NCBI GenBank assembly: GCA_963697895.1
Contig: OY969100.1
Span: 1,600,001-1,664,000, forward strand
Direction: 5' to 3'
Source of the DNA: an uncultured Methanomicrobiales archaeon
Lineage (GTDB): Archaea > Halobacteriota > Methanomicrobia > Methanomicrobiales > Methanospirillaceae
DNA length: 64,000 nucleotides
Under the pieces are notes generated by a model that was not told the origin of the DNA, searched no databases, and saw only the letters and a program-made list of their open reading frames with translations. Below, one piece after another: positions 39,611 to 50,337 of this stretch. Within the stretch, counting starts at the first letter, position 1; the number at the start of each line of letters is the position of its first letter. A program made the translations under genes and the position numbers.

Positions 39611-40192
39611 ATGCCGACGGAGATCGAAGCGCTCTATAAACTCCATGATGGAAAATATGTCGTGGAGCTCATACTGACTGACGTCCGTCAGCTCTTTAAC
39701 AGCCTCGATCCTTCGCCCTTCCGTGAGAAGGAACTGGATCGAAATGCAGAAGAATATATTTTCAATGCAGTCGGGGACATTCCTATCAGCAAACCAGTCG
39801 AACTGATGATCTACCTCCCCGCATCACGAATCACGCCGGAGATCTCCGAGGCGATCAAGTCCGGAATCCGTTATCATTTCCATTACCTGTCAGCGTATGA
39901 GGAGACCGAATTACGCCGCCTCAACCGCCGCGGGAGACGTTTCCTCTTCCTGGGAGTCGTGATCCTGTTCGGCGGGGTATTGACCAGTCAGGTGATCAGC
40001 TTATTCAGCCAGAATCTCCTCGCACGAGCCCTTCAGGATATTCTTTTGATCATCAGCTGGGTGACAATCTGGGAGCCTATTCACATATTTCTCTATGATC
40101 GCTCCCCGATAAACCAGAAAATTCAGATATATGACAAAATCTCGCGGATGGACGTTTTCGTCGGCCCGATTAAGGATGCACAACCGGTATAA
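39611..40192 (+). CDS. Conserved hypothetical membrane protein (2 TM)
   Basis: QLFNSLDPSPFREKELD..AEEYI, WV..WEP. Confidence 0.72.
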   Translation: MPTEIEALYKLHDGKYVVELILTDVRQLFNSLDPSPFREKELDRNAEEYIFNAVGDIPISKPVELMIYLPASRITPEISEAIKSGIRYHFHYLSAYEETELRRLNRRGRRFLFLGVVILFGGVLTSQVISLFSQNLLARALQDILLIISWVTIWEPIHIFLYDRSPINQKIQIYDKISRMDVFVGPIKDAQPV

Positions 40193-40235
40193 TCCCGGGC
40201 GATTCCTTAAGTTCTCGGATCACCCAGTATCCATT

Positions 40236-40802
40236 ATGAATCGAGTGCTGCTACTCAGTGGAAGCCCCCGGCCGGATGGAAATGCAGCCCAGATATGCCG
40301 GGAATGCGCAAAAGTTATTGAAAACTGCGGTGTTTCAGCCGAAGTCATCACCCTTTCCGGGAAAAAAATCGAATCCTGCACTGCCTGTTATAAATGTGGA
40401 ACACAGGGACTCTGTGTGCTGGACGACGGAGTGAATGAGATCATCGAAAAAATCCGGTCAGCGGACGGATTCGTGGTTGCAGCCCCGGTTTATTTTGGGA
40501 CAGCGAGGGGTGATGTCATGGCCGCCCTCCAGCGGATCGGCATGGTTTCAATGGCAACGGACAATTTCCTTTCCTGGAAAGTAGGGGGTCCCATCGCTGT
40601 TGCGCGGAGGGGCGGTCATACGGCAACCATCCAGGAGATGCTTATGTTCTTCCTGATCAATGAGATGATCGTACCGGGGTCCAATTATTGGAATATGGTC
40701 TTTGGCAGAGATCCGGGGGATGTATGGAACGATACAGAAGGTATAGCAACAATTCGTCTCTTTGCCCAGAATGTGGCGGAACTGGTAAAAAAGTTAAATT
40801 GA
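40236..40802 (+). CDS. Iron-sulfur flavoprotein (Isf)
   Basis: SGSPR, CTACYKCGTQGLC, PVYFG, VARRGG, GSNYWN. Confidence 0.88.
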   Translation: MNRVLLLSGSPRPDGNAAQICRECAKVIENCGVSAEVITLSGKKIESCTACYKCGTQGLCVLDDGVNEIIEKIRSADGFVVAAPVYFGTARGDVMAALQRIGMVSMATDNFLSWKVGGPIAVARRGGHTATIQEMLMFFLINEMIVPGSNYWNMVFGRDPGDVWNDTEGIATIRLFAQNVAELVKKLN

Positions 40803-40903
40803 GGGAAAGGACGCTCCCTGTACTGCATCCACCCGCGTCGATCTTATGTTAAGGAAGCGGATTGGATAGGCACCACTCAGTCAAGCATCAGGAATGATCG
40901 GAT

Positions 40904-41890
40904 TTGTCAGGGAATATCATTGAGGTCAGAAACCTGTATCATATATACGGGGACTTCATTGCTGTGAACGATATCAGTTTCACTGTCGCAGAAGGAGAGA
41001 TTTTTTCATTCCTCGGACCGAATGGCGCCGGAAAAAGCACAGCAATTAATGTTCTGACGACTCTGCTTAAGATCCAGAAAGGGGAGGCCATCGTCGCCGG
41101 TTATGATGTTTCCCGGCAGCCGGAACGAGTGAGGGAATCCATAGGGATTGTCTTTCAGGAGACCACGCTCGACCGTGACATGACCGTCTGGGAGATACTC
41201 GAGTTCCACGGCCGGCTCTACCGGATGCCGCGGGACTCCCGGATAGTACGAATCGCCGAACTGCTCGCCTTGGTGGAACTGGAGGGAAAACATGACATAC
41301 GGGTGAAATATCTCTCCGGCGGGATGAAGCGGCGCCTTGAGATCGCCCGAGGTCTTATGACGCGGCCAAAGGTTCTGTTTCTCGATGAACCGACAATCGG
41401 GCTTGACCCCCAGACCCGTATGCGAATGTGGGATTATATCAAAGCGGTGAACAATGAGGGAACAACGATATTCCTTACAACCCATTACATGGACGAGGCA
41501 GACCAGCTGAGCGATCGCATCAGCATTATCGATCACGGAAGGATAGTGGTCACCGGTAGATCATGGGAACTAAAAAATACCCTCGGTGAAGACCTCATTT
41601 ATCTGGAAACGAGCAATAATGATGCAAGCGATCGGATCCTCCGGGAGATCGAAAGCGTGAAGGACGTAACCCGGAAATCAAAGGGTCTCTCGGTCACGGT
41701 CAGTGAAGACGGAACCCGGGTTTTGCCAGGAATCATTGAACGCCTTCGTACCGAAGGCGTAACAATATCCACGGTAAACCTGAAGAAGCCCTCCATGGAT
41801 GATGTCTTTGTCAGGTACACCGGCAGAGACCTGAGAGATGATGGGCAAGAGCGAGCTGGCGCATCGATCACCCGGGCGGGGGCAAGATAG
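40904..41890 (+). CDS. ABC transporter ATP-binding protein (DrrA-like)
   Basis: GPNGAGKST, LSGGMKRRLEIARG, LFLDEPT. Confidence 0.92.
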   Translation: MSGNIIEVRNLYHIYGDFIAVNDISFTVAEGEIFSFLGPNGAGKSTAINVLTTLLKIQKGEAIVAGYDVSRQPERVRESIGIVFQETTLDRDMTVWEILEFHGRLYRMPRDSRIVRIAELLALVELEGKHDIRVKYLSGGMKRRLEIARGLMTRPKVLFLDEPTIGLDPQTRMRMWDYIKAVNNEGTTIFLTTHYMDEADQLSDRISIIDHGRIVVTGRSWELKNTLGEDLIYLETSNNDASDRILREIESVKDVTRKSKGLSVTVSEDGTRVLPGIIERLRTEGVTISTVNLKKPSMDDVFVRYTGRDLRDDGQERAGASITRAGAR

Positions 41891-41891
41891 C

Positions 41892-42728
41892 ATGGATTAC
41901 GGATTTACGACTATATACTGGAGGGATATGATTCGGTTTGTACGGTTCAAGTCCCTCCTGGTCTCCTCTCTGGTCCAGCCGGCGCTCTGGATGGCCTTCT
42001 TCGGGATTGCAATGGCAGCGAATTTTGATCGGCTGACGGCCGGGATTCCCCCGATACCCGGGGTTCCGAATGTCAGTTACCTGACATTCATGGCTGCGGG
42101 CGTCATCGCAATGACGACTCTTTTCACCAGTCTTTTTGGCGGGATAGTACTCCTCTTTGATAAAAACTGGGGCCTGATGAGGGAGATCATGGCGAGCCCT
42201 CTTCCCCGGGAGCATATCATCTTCGGGATCGCCCTTTCTGGTATGACGAAATCGTTTATTCAGGCGATCATCATCATGATATTCGGAATAATCCTCGGTG
42301 CCCAGTTCTTCCAGGGGTTTTCACCCATGCAGACCATTGCCGGAATACTGGGTATACTTCTTTTTGTCGGCATTTTTTCATTGGGTTTCCTCTTCCTCTC
42401 GGCTGCGATCTCTATCACGCTCGATAGCCCGGAAGGGTTACAGGGCATCATCACTCTTCTCACTATGCCCATCTTTTTTGCGAGCAATGCGCTCTATCCC
42501 ATTACTGCATTCCCTCCGGTGCTTCAGGCTATCGCGGTGATAAATCCTTTGACCCATCTGGTCAACGGGATACGATATTTTGCCATCGGGGATAACTTCA
42601 CATCGATTGGTATTCATTACATCGCCACACCCGGCCAGGTTTTCGTAAATTTCCTCGTACTGGTAGTATTCGCAGCATTGATGTTCTCACTGGCCTTATG
42701 GCGGTTTAAAAAAGCAGTGGTCACCTGA
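41892..42728 (+). CDS. ABC-2 permease (DrrB-like)
   Basis: SYLTFMAAG, FASNALYP, INPLTH. Confidence 0.9.
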   Translation: MDYGFTTIYWRDMIRFVRFKSLLVSSLVQPALWMAFFGIAMAANFDRLTAGIPPIPGVPNVSYLTFMAAGVIAMTTLFTSLFGGIVLLFDKNWGLMREIMASPLPREHIIFGIALSGMTKSFIQAIIIMIFGIILGAQFFQGFSPMQTIAGILGILLFVGIFSLGFLFLSAAISITLDSPEGLQGIITLLTMPIFFASNALYPITAFPPVLQAIAVINPLTHLVNGIRYFAIGDNFTSIGIHYIATPGQVFVNFLVLVVFAALMFSLALWRFKKAVVT

Positions 42729-42822
42729 CCAAGGTATGGAATTTACGCAGCCGCATCCTTGGGTTATCTGTCCGGTTTAATAATAAAATAGCCATTCAAT
42801 TCAGACAGGTATCTACTCTCCG

Positions 42823-44973
42823 TCATATGGATTCATCTGTTTCATCCGGTTCTTTTAACACGAGAAACCCCGCCCCGGCCAGATTTTCCCGAAATCCGGC
42901 TACATGAAACTGGTCTGTAAGTGACATCGAACGTATCGCCCAACCGGGCAACGCTATTCCAAATTTCCAGCGCTCAGGAGACTGTTCCGGGATTATGTTT
43001 TCGATCTCCTGTAGGGACATTTCTTGAATCTTCTTCAGTGCATCAACAAAATGTGCTGCCGGGTACGCCCGCGGGACATGAAGGATAAGAGAAAAATCAT
43101 CCAAACGTGAGCGAAGCTTTTGGTTCATGGCATCTTCCAGGCACAATCTCAGAATCATGTTAAAATTGCGTCCTTTACACGTCAGAATAACTAAATCTGT
43201 CCCTTTTTTCCCTTGGCGCTCCCAGACGTGAATTCCTTCGGGATGTATCCCTTCCGGAAATCCCGCAAGATATCGGGCAAGAATTTCCGTTTCTTCTCCC
43301 CCCATGGGGAGCGCCGTTCTCCCTCGCGCAAGTATTCTCCGGACTCCCTCACATACCGTCGGGGAAAAACCGGACTTCCCCCCAGTCCAGAATGTACCGG
43401 ATGCCTGTTCCTCACCGGGAAGAACAATAACCCGCTTATGGTTATCATCGGACTTCACCAGTTTCCAGCTTTCACCCCCGAGTGAGAAACTTCCTCCCCT
43501 GCGGCTGCTGATAAACCGTGCATCAAGCCTGCCGATGACCTCTCCGTCCGGAGTGACTGCCCGGTATTCACCTCCACCCGCAATAACCGAGAAGAGATCT
43601 TTCCAGTTCGATCTCCCGAATGTTCGTTCTGCTTCAGGCCCTAGAAATAAGAGATCTCCGTCGGAGAGCAGGTATCCGGTTGATATCAAATGGGTGAGTA
43701 TCATATCGAATGTCCGGGAGGAAATTTCCCGAAACGGTGCAAGCGTGAGAAGTGAGGTGTCGAGTTCCCTCCGGGATGTTCGTCCCGAGCGGTAAACGGA
43801 GAGGAGCAGCTGCTGGATAAGAACATTACAGGGGCGTTTGGGAGGTATGAGATCTTCTACCTCTTTTCTGCTCGCGCATTCGATAACTGCTGCCATACAC
43901 AGCAGTTCACAGGAATTTTTAAGAACACATGCTACATAGGGAGGTTTTTCCCTTCGTCCGCTCCTTCCCATCCGTTGGAGGAATGAGGAGACCGAAGGCG
44001 GAGGTCCGACCTGGACTACCACATCAAGGTCTCCGATATCGATCCCGAGTTCGAGCGTGCTCGTGCAGATGATGCAGGCGCTGCCGGCATGGCTGAACGC
44101 TTCCTCTGCAGCATGCCTGGATGCAGGCGAAAGTGACGAATGGTGGATGGAAAGCCCGGCGACCCGCTCCCGGAGGTGCCGGGAAAGATCCTCTGCCTCA
44201 CTTCGGCTGTTCACGAATACCAGGGCCTTTTTCCGGGTTACAATCCGCGCAATAGCCTCAGTTCGCCGCTTGTCATTGGGTTCTACAGTAAAAGAAAATT
44301 GTTTCTCGCGGGGAGGAATCGGAATACTGACGAGTTTCCCCGGATAGTTATCTGACCCCAGCCACAAGAGAACCTTATCGGGATTCCCTACAGTTGCAGA
44401 AAGTCCTATTCGCTGGACATGACCGCCGGCAATTCTGTCGAGGCGGTCGAGGAGCGCGATGAGATGAATTCCCCGCTCCGATTCCATCAGTGCATGCACT
44501 TCATCGATAATGATCGCCCGCAGGTTCCCAAGATCCCGGGCGAGAACCCGTTCCAGCAGAAGCACTTCGAGCGATTCAGGTGTGATCATGAGGATATGAG
44601 GGGGTTCTCCCTGTGGCCATGTACGGTCTCCTTTGGGTACATCACCATGCCATTTCATCACTTCAAGGCCTGTCGGTAAGCAGAATGCCGAGAACCTCTC
44701 CTCCTGATCATTGATCAGAGCTTTGAGCGGGGATATATAAAGCACAGCAACCCCTTCACTCCCCTCCTTGAGGACCCGGTCTATGACCGGGATCAGGGCT
44801 GCTTCGGTCTTCCCCCCTGCTGTCGGCGCAACGACAAGTGTGTCCTGACCCGAGCAGACTGCAACGTATGTCGATTCCTGAACTTCCCGGAGGATGCTCC
44901 ACCCCAGCCTGTGGAGGAGTACCAGCTGAAGTGATTCATGCAGGGTCTCAAAGATCGATGGCACGGTCTTCAT
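42823..44973 (-). CDS. Lhr-like DEAD/DEAH helicase
   Basis: APTAGGKTEAA, PLKALINDQ, TPESLE, DEVH, HHSS, TSTLELGIDIG, QRMGRSGRR. Confidence 0.9.
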   Translation of the reverse strand: MKTVPSIFETLHESLQLVLLHRLGWSILREVQESTYVAVCSGQDTLVVAPTAGGKTEAALIPVIDRVLKEGSEGVAVLYISPLKALINDQEERFSAFCLPTGLEVMKWHGDVPKGDRTWPQGEPPHILMITPESLEVLLLERVLARDLGNLRAIIIDEVHALMESERGIHLIALLDRLDRIAGGHVQRIGLSATVGNPDKVLLWLGSDNYPGKLVSIPIPPREKQFSFTVEPNDKRRTEAIARIVTRKKALVFVNSRSEAEDLSRHLRERVAGLSIHHSSLSPASRHAAEEAFSHAGSACIICTSTLELGIDIGDLDVVVQVGPPPSVSSFLQRMGRSGRREKPPYVACVLKNSCELLCMAAVIECASRKEVEDLIPPKRPCNVLIQQLLLSVYRSGRTSRRELDTSLLTLAPFREISSRTFDMILTHLISTGYLLSDGDLLFLGPEAERTFGRSNWKDLFSVIAGGGEYRAVTPDGEVIGRLDARFISSRRGGSFSLGGESWKLVKSDDNHKRVIVLPGEEQASGTFWTGGKSGFSPTVCEGVRRILARGRTALPMGGEETEILARYLAGFPEGIHPEGIHVWERQGKKGTDLVILTCKGRNFNMILRLCLEDAMNQKLRSRLDDFSLILHVPRAYPAAHFVDALKKIQEMSLQEIENIIPEQSPERWKFGIALPGWAIRSMSLTDQFHVAGFRENLAGAGFLVLKEPDETDESI

Positions 44974-45214
44974 CCACCATTGGTGAGGAATAGTTATCTC
45001 TTTTCGGATGCGAACGGGGGCGATTGCAAACGTCTTATATATAGCAAAAAGGAAGGATTTAGCAAGGTAAACTCATGTCTGTTCCAATCGGTTTCGACAA
45101 TTCTTTGAGGATACAGATAACAGGCACATTTTTCTCCCTTTTTAGATAGGGGACCAGAATCGCTGGATCCCCCGTAAAGGCACAATAAAAGAGTTTACCG
45201 GATGGTGTTTCAAC

Positions 45215-45325
45215 ATGTTAGGAATCTCTGACTCACAGATAATCATCGCATACGGGCTGTCAATCGGCCTTGCCATAATCTGTATGATATACGGATTATT
45301 GAACTGGAACAAGGGAGGGGTTTGA
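45215..45325 (+). CDS. Symporter small accessory protein (36 aa, not in ORF track)
   Basis: MLGISDSQIIIAYGLSIGLAIICMIYGLLNWNKGGV; one TM, YG..NWN, stops 5 nt before the symporter ATG. Confidence 0.8.
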   Translation: MLGISDSQIIIAYGLSIGLAIICMIYGLLNWNKGGV

Positions 45326-45330
45326 TACGG

Positions 45331-46905
45331 ATGGCAGTAAACTCTGCAACCCTCATTGTGGTAATCCTGGTCTATCTCGCAATCATCTTTTACCTCGGCT
45401 GGCTGGGGTATAAGAAAACCAAGGGCCACGAGGACTATCTCGTCGCGGGAAGAGAGGTCCATCCCGTGATCATCGCATTGTCGTATGGTGCGACATTCAT
45501 CAGTACTTCCGCAATTGTAGGATTCGGAGGGCAGGCGGCGAATCTCGGCATGGGTCTGATATGGCTGACCGTCCTGAATATCGGCATCGGGATCCTGCTT
45601 GCCTTTGTCATATTCGGGAAGAAGACACGTGAGATTGGACAACGGTTGCAGGCAGTAACCTTCCCTGACCTCATGGGAAAGATCTACCGCTCCCAGTTCA
45701 TGCGAATCGCATCAGGAATTGTCATCATCATCGGCATGCCCCTGTATACGGCTGCAGGACCGATTGGAGGAGCCCAGTTTATCAGAGAAACCATCGGCAT
45801 TTCCTATAGCAGCTCCCTTATCGGTTTTGCGATCATTGTCGCAGTATATGTTATCTTTGGAGGGCTGATTGCCGTCATGTACACCGATGCGGTCCAGGGC
45901 GGGATCATGCTTGTCGGAATGACCATCCTTTTAATTGCCACGTATCTGATCCTCGGAGGGGTAACGGTCGCAAACAGTGCCCTTACCGCCCTGGCACCCC
46001 TTGTCCCTGACAGTCTGGCAAAAGGAGGAATGACGGGGTGGACCTCAATGCCCCTTTTTGGATCTCCAGTCTGGCTAACTATGATCACCACGCTTGTTCT
46101 CGGCGTGGGCATAGGAGTCCTCGCCCAACCGCAGCTGGTGGTCCGTTTCATGACCGCAAAAGACAGCAGGACATTGAACCGTGCTGTCCTCGTCGGCGGA
46201 CCGTTCATCCTCATGATGACCGGCGTAGCGTTCACGGTGGGTGCGCTCACGAACGTCTACTTCTTCCGGACGGCAGGAACGATCGCCATCCAGGCTGCGG
46301 GAGGCAATGTCGATACCATCATCCCTATTTTCATCAATCAGGCTATGCCAGAATGGTTTGTTGTTATTTTCATGGTCACCCTTCTGGCAGCTGCCATGTC
46401 CACAATGAGTTCCCTCTTTCATGCGATGGGAACGGCACTGATCTGTGATCTATGGGGAAGGGGCCGCGAGTGTGGTCTTTCTGTTCGAAGAAACCAAATG
46501 GGGGTTCTGATCATGATCGTGGTCAGCGTCACTGTCGCATTCCTTATGCCGGTAAGCATTATCGCGGTCGCCACCGCGATGTTTATGGGACTCTGTGCCT
46601 CAGCATTCCTCCCGGTATTTGCGGTTGCGGTATATACGAAAAGGCCTGATCATACAGCGGCTAAGGCAAGTCTCGTTACCGGTGCCGTCATCTGGTTCTT
46701 GTGGGCGCTCTTTGTCAATACCCGGTATGCCACCGTATTCGGGCTATGCAAAGCCATCTACGGAGTTCCAAGCCTTCTCGGGTCTCCCTGGTCGTTTATA
46801 GACCCGCTCGTTATCGCTCTTCCCCTTTCAGCGCTCGTTATAGTCGTTCTGCAGGTCCGTTCTGTTCGGCAGTTAAAACAGGAAAGCACACCGTCTCCGG
46901 TATAA
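45331..46905 (+). CDS. Sodium:solute symporter (SSS family)
   Basis: YLVAGR, SYGATFIST, GG..AV.YTDAVQG, QPQL.VRFM, AAAMST. Confidence 0.92.
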   Translation: MAVNSATLIVVILVYLAIIFYLGWLGYKKTKGHEDYLVAGREVHPVIIALSYGATFISTSAIVGFGGQAANLGMGLIWLTVLNIGIGILLAFVIFGKKTREIGQRLQAVTFPDLMGKIYRSQFMRIASGIVIIIGMPLYTAAGPIGGAQFIRETIGISYSSSLIGFAIIVAVYVIFGGLIAVMYTDAVQGGIMLVGMTILLIATYLILGGVTVANSALTALAPLVPDSLAKGGMTGWTSMPLFGSPVWLTMITTLVLGVGIGVLAQPQLVVRFMTAKDSRTLNRAVLVGGPFILMMTGVAFTVGALTNVYFFRTAGTIAIQAAGGNVDTIIPIFINQAMPEWFVVIFMVTLLAAAMSTMSSLFHAMGTALICDLWGRGRECGLSVRRNQMGVLIMIVVSVTVAFLMPVSIIAVATAMFMGLCASAFLPVFAVAVYTKRPDHTAAKASLVTGAVIWFLWALFVNTRYATVFGLCKAIYGVPSLLGSPWSFIDPLVIALPLSALVIVVLQVRSVRQLKQESTPSPV

Positions 46906-46944
46906 CTTTCCCTTTTTTGAGGGGTCCCGGGTTACCCTCCTCCA

Positions 46945-47517
46945 TCACTGACCCTGAGGATACCCTTGCCACCGTTTATACAGCTGATGATCGATCCTGA
47001 GCATATCCAGCACTTTTCCCACGATGTGATTGACCAGGTCATCGATTGTCTCCGGCCGGTGATAAAACCCTGGAGATGCTGGGAGAATCATGACACCCGC
47101 ACTCGAAAGGGTGAGCATGTTCTTTAGGTGGATCTGATTGAAGGGGGTCTCTCTCGGTACGAGAATAAGGGGCCGTTTCTCTTTCAGGGTGCAGTCAGAC
47201 GCGCGAAGAAGGAGATTGTCCGCAAAGCCGCAGGCGATGCCGGATACCGTCTTCATACTGCAGGGTATGATGATCATTCCCTCATGCCGGAAACTACCAC
47301 TTGCGAGGGGAGATGTCATATCCATGCTCTCGTGGACCCGGGATGCAAGCCGCCGGACTTCATCCGCCTGAAAACACGTCTCGATTGCGATCATCTCCTC
47401 TGCGGTGCGGGTCATGACCAGATGAGTCTCGATTCCAAGCTCCTTTCCCACTTCCAGCAGCCGGATTCCATATATGATCCCGCTTGCTCCGGATAACCCC
47501 ACGATCAGCTTCATCAT
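46945..47517 (-). CDS. ubiX: Flavin prenyltransferase
   Basis: GLSGASG, ASGS, PCSMKT, LKEKRPL.LVPRETP, PGFYH.P. Confidence 0.93.
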   Translation of the reverse strand: MMKLIVGLSGASGIIYGIRLLEVGKELGIETHLVMTRTAEEMIAIETCFQADEVRRLASRVHESMDMTSPLASGSFRHEGMIIIPCSMKTVSGIACGFADNLLLRASDCTLKEKRPLILVPRETPFNQIHLKNMLTLSSAGVMILPASPGFYHRPETIDDLVNHIVGKVLDMLRIDHQLYKRWQGYPQGQ

Positions 47518-47638
47518 TATACCTGTAAAGACTGGTATATCGTAATCAACCCATGAAGATATGCCTTTTCGTACTATTCCTTAAAAGAGCGAAGATCATG
47601 TTGTGAAAAATTATATTAAATATTTGGCGTTATGGCCA

Positions 47639-48043
47639 TTATTCGGGCAGACTAAATGCCCGTTTAATCTTCGCTTTCAGTGCCTCTTTTCCATAGGCCC
47701 CCACTACCCTGTCAACCATCTTCCCATGTGAGAAAAAAAGTATGGTTGGAATCGCGGTTATTCCAAATCGGGTTGCAAGACGCGAATTTTCATCCGTGTT
47801 GCATTTTCCGAAGGAAACCTGACCGGCCATCTCCCCGGCCAGCTCTTCGACGATCGGAGAAACCATGCGACACGGTCCACACCAGTCAGCCCAGAAATCG
47901 ATAACCAGTTGCGGGTACTCCCCGACGGCCTCGGCAAAGTGCGCTTCGTCGATCGGAATCACGGTAGGGTTACCTTTATTCGCCATTTTTTCCTGCATTT
48001 CACGGAGTTTCTTATCACGTATCTGTTCCAGATCATCAGCCAT
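47639..48043 (-). CDS. trxA: Thioredoxin
   Basis: DFWADWCGPC, cis-Pro IPT; N-terminal DLEQIR helix. Confidence 0.93.
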   Translation of the reverse strand: MADDLEQIRDKKLREMQEKMANKGNPTVIPIDEAHFAEAVGEYPQLVIDFWADWCGPCRMVSPIVEELAGEMAGQVSFGKCNTDENSRLATRFGITAIPTILFFSHGKMVDRVVGAYGKEALKAKIKRAFSLPE

Positions 48044-48154
48044 GAAGTAATCGTATGGCTATGAAAACGTTTAAGCTCTGTGGCCATGCGTTGAACGGCA
48101 GCCGGAATGGGTTAACTATATCAGCGCAGATTGTCAATATCAATACCTCATAAA

Positions 48155-48229
48155 AGCGAGGTAGGGTAGTCAGGATATCCCGACGGGCTCATAACCCGTA
48201 GACCGATGGTTCAAATCCATCCCTCGCTA
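48155..48229 (+). tRNA. Initiator tRNA-Met(CAU)
   Basis: A1-U72 pair, anticodon arm ACGGG-CT-CAT-AA-CCCGT with three G-C pairs, GTTCAAAT T-loop. Confidence 0.96.
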
Positions 48230-48235
48230 CTATTC

Positions 48236-48253
48236 TTTTTTTTTTAAAAAAAA
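48236..48253. terminator. Bidirectional oligo-T terminator (T10-A8)
   Basis: T-run on each strand between convergent tRNA-iMet and purF. Confidence 0.6.
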
Positions 48254-48261
48254 TTACGTGA

Positions 48262-49689
48262 TTAGAGATCTGCTTCGAATGATTCGAGTTTTGCCTGGTA
48301 CGTTCCTTCAACAAAGTCCACCACCGGCGTTTCTGAGTTCTCTCCGGTAATAGGGAGGGGATAACACCCAAGAAGGCATCCTGTGCAGAGGCTTTCCCGA
48401 GGAAGACCGATCGCGTTCACCAGGGCATCGAGCGAGATATGGTGCAATGAGGCGGCCGTGATCCGCTTCCGCACCTCCTCTTCTTCTTTATCGCTTGCGA
48501 TCAATTCTGCCCGTGTTGGCATATCGACCCCGAGATAGCACGGTGCCCGAATCTGGGGAGAACCTATCCGCACATGTATCTCCCGGGCGCCCGCCTCATG
48601 CATGATATCTATGATCCTCCGGGATGTCGTGCCTCGAACAATACTGTCATCGACGAGCACGACAGATTTTCCTTTCAGATGTTCCCTGATAGGATTCAGT
48701 TTGATCCGGACCGCTTTTTCGCGTTCGGTCTGGGAGGGCATAATGAAAGTTCGACCCATATAGCGGTTTTTCATGAGACTTTCGACGAAGGGAATCCCTG
48801 AACGCTGTGAAAACCCGATCGCATATGCAGTTCCTGAGTCCGGAACGGGACAGACACTATCTGTGGTCACTGGTGCCTCTTCATAGAGTTTTCTCCCTAT
48901 ATTCCGCCGAACATCATAGACGAGCGCACCGTCGAGAACAGAATCCGCCCGCGCAAAATAAATATATTCAAAGATACAATGGGCCCGCCTGCTCGCGATA
49001 GCAATCTGTATGGCCTGCATGCCTTCCCCATCGATTCGGATCAGCTCACCGGGGTGTACATCCCTGATAAATGCGCCATTAAGGGCATCTACAGCCACGC
49101 TCTCTGAGGCAATAATGTACCCCTCGCCGGTTTTTCCCATGCAGAGCGGTTTAATCCCCAGGGGATCCCTGAAGGCATACAGGACGCCATCGATCATGAG
49201 AACCACTGCATAGGAGCCTTTGAGCATCCGCATGCAGTGATGGACTGCATCTTCTATGCATATGCCATTCCGGAGTTCATCGGTGAGAACCTTGGCGATT
49301 ATCTCTGTATCCGTCGTGGTACAGAAGATCTGCCCACGCTGTTCATATTCATGGCGCAATTCCTCTGTATTTACCAGATTCCCGTTATGGGCAATGGAAA
49401 TGATATGATCCCTGAAAAAAAATGTGAAAGGCTGAACATTTTCCGGTCGGTTCGCACCGGTGGTCGGGTATCGTACATGACCGATCCCGACCGTCCCCTG
49501 GAGTCCCTTCAGGATATCCGGATTAAATACTTCGGCGACCAGTCCCCTTGCCTTATGTTTGTGCAGGCACATGCCATCATACGTGACAATTCCTGCACTC
49601 TCCTGACCGCGATGCTGAAGAGCGTACAGGGCATAATAAATGGAGAGGGATACACCGCCAGCATCCACGATGCCAACGATACCGCACAT
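48262..49689 (-). CDS. purF: Amidophosphoribosyltransferase
   Basis: MCGIVG, LQHRGQESAG, EYIYFAR.DS, VDDSIVRGTT. Confidence 0.97.
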   Translation of the reverse strand: MCGIVGIVDAGGVSLSIYYALYALQHRGQESAGIVTYDGMCLHKHKARGLVAEVFNPDILKGLQGTVGIGHVRYPTTGANRPENVQPFTFFFRDHIISIAHNGNLVNTEELRHEYEQRGQIFCTTTDTEIIAKVLTDELRNGICIEDAVHHCMRMLKGSYAVVLMIDGVLYAFRDPLGIKPLCMGKTGEGYIIASESVAVDALNGAFIRDVHPGELIRIDGEGMQAIQIAIASRRAHCIFEYIYFARADSVLDGALVYDVRRNIGRKLYEEAPVTTDSVCPVPDSGTAYAIGFSQRSGIPFVESLMKNRYMGRTFIMPSQTEREKAVRIKLNPIREHLKGKSVVLVDDSIVRGTTSRRIIDIMHEAGAREIHVRIGSPQIRAPCYLGVDMPTRAELIASDKEEEEVRKRITAASLHHISLDALVNAIGLPRESLCTGCLLGCYPLPITGENSETPVVDFVEGTYQAKLESFEADL

Positions 49690-49701
49690 GTTCCGACTCT
49701 T

Positions 49702-49884
49702 TTAATGGGTGGGGATCTTTGGTCGCTTTGTCAGCCACTTATAACCGCGTAATTTCGTGCTTCTTCCGAAACCACAGGCGGAACAGACTTTATGTCGGGC
49801 GTGGTACGAGATGCTGCCACACCGTCGGCATGCGATATGTGTCTTGTTCTGCCTTTTCCCCATGGATGGAGTACCCTTTGACAT
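49702..49884 (-). CDS. rpl37e: 50S ribosomal protein L37e
   Basis: [13 protein letters not shown]...CSACGFG. Confidence 0.96.
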   Translation of the reverse strand: MSKGTPSMGKRQNKTHIACRRCGSISYHARHKVCSACGFGRSTKLRGYKWLTKRPKIPTH

Positions 49885-49899
49885 GATCTAACCTCTCCT

Positions 49900-50175
<276 letters not shown>

Positions 50176-50337
50176 TCAAGATAAAGGTAGCGTCATGCAC
50201 AGGAGATCTATGATCTCCATTCCCGCAGAACGATCCACTTTGGACCGCAATTTTGGGAAAAAAATTCCTGAAAATACCCTATTCTCTCGTTGATATATTT
50301 TTACCCGAGAAACGCAGACGTACCTCACGATGCATCA

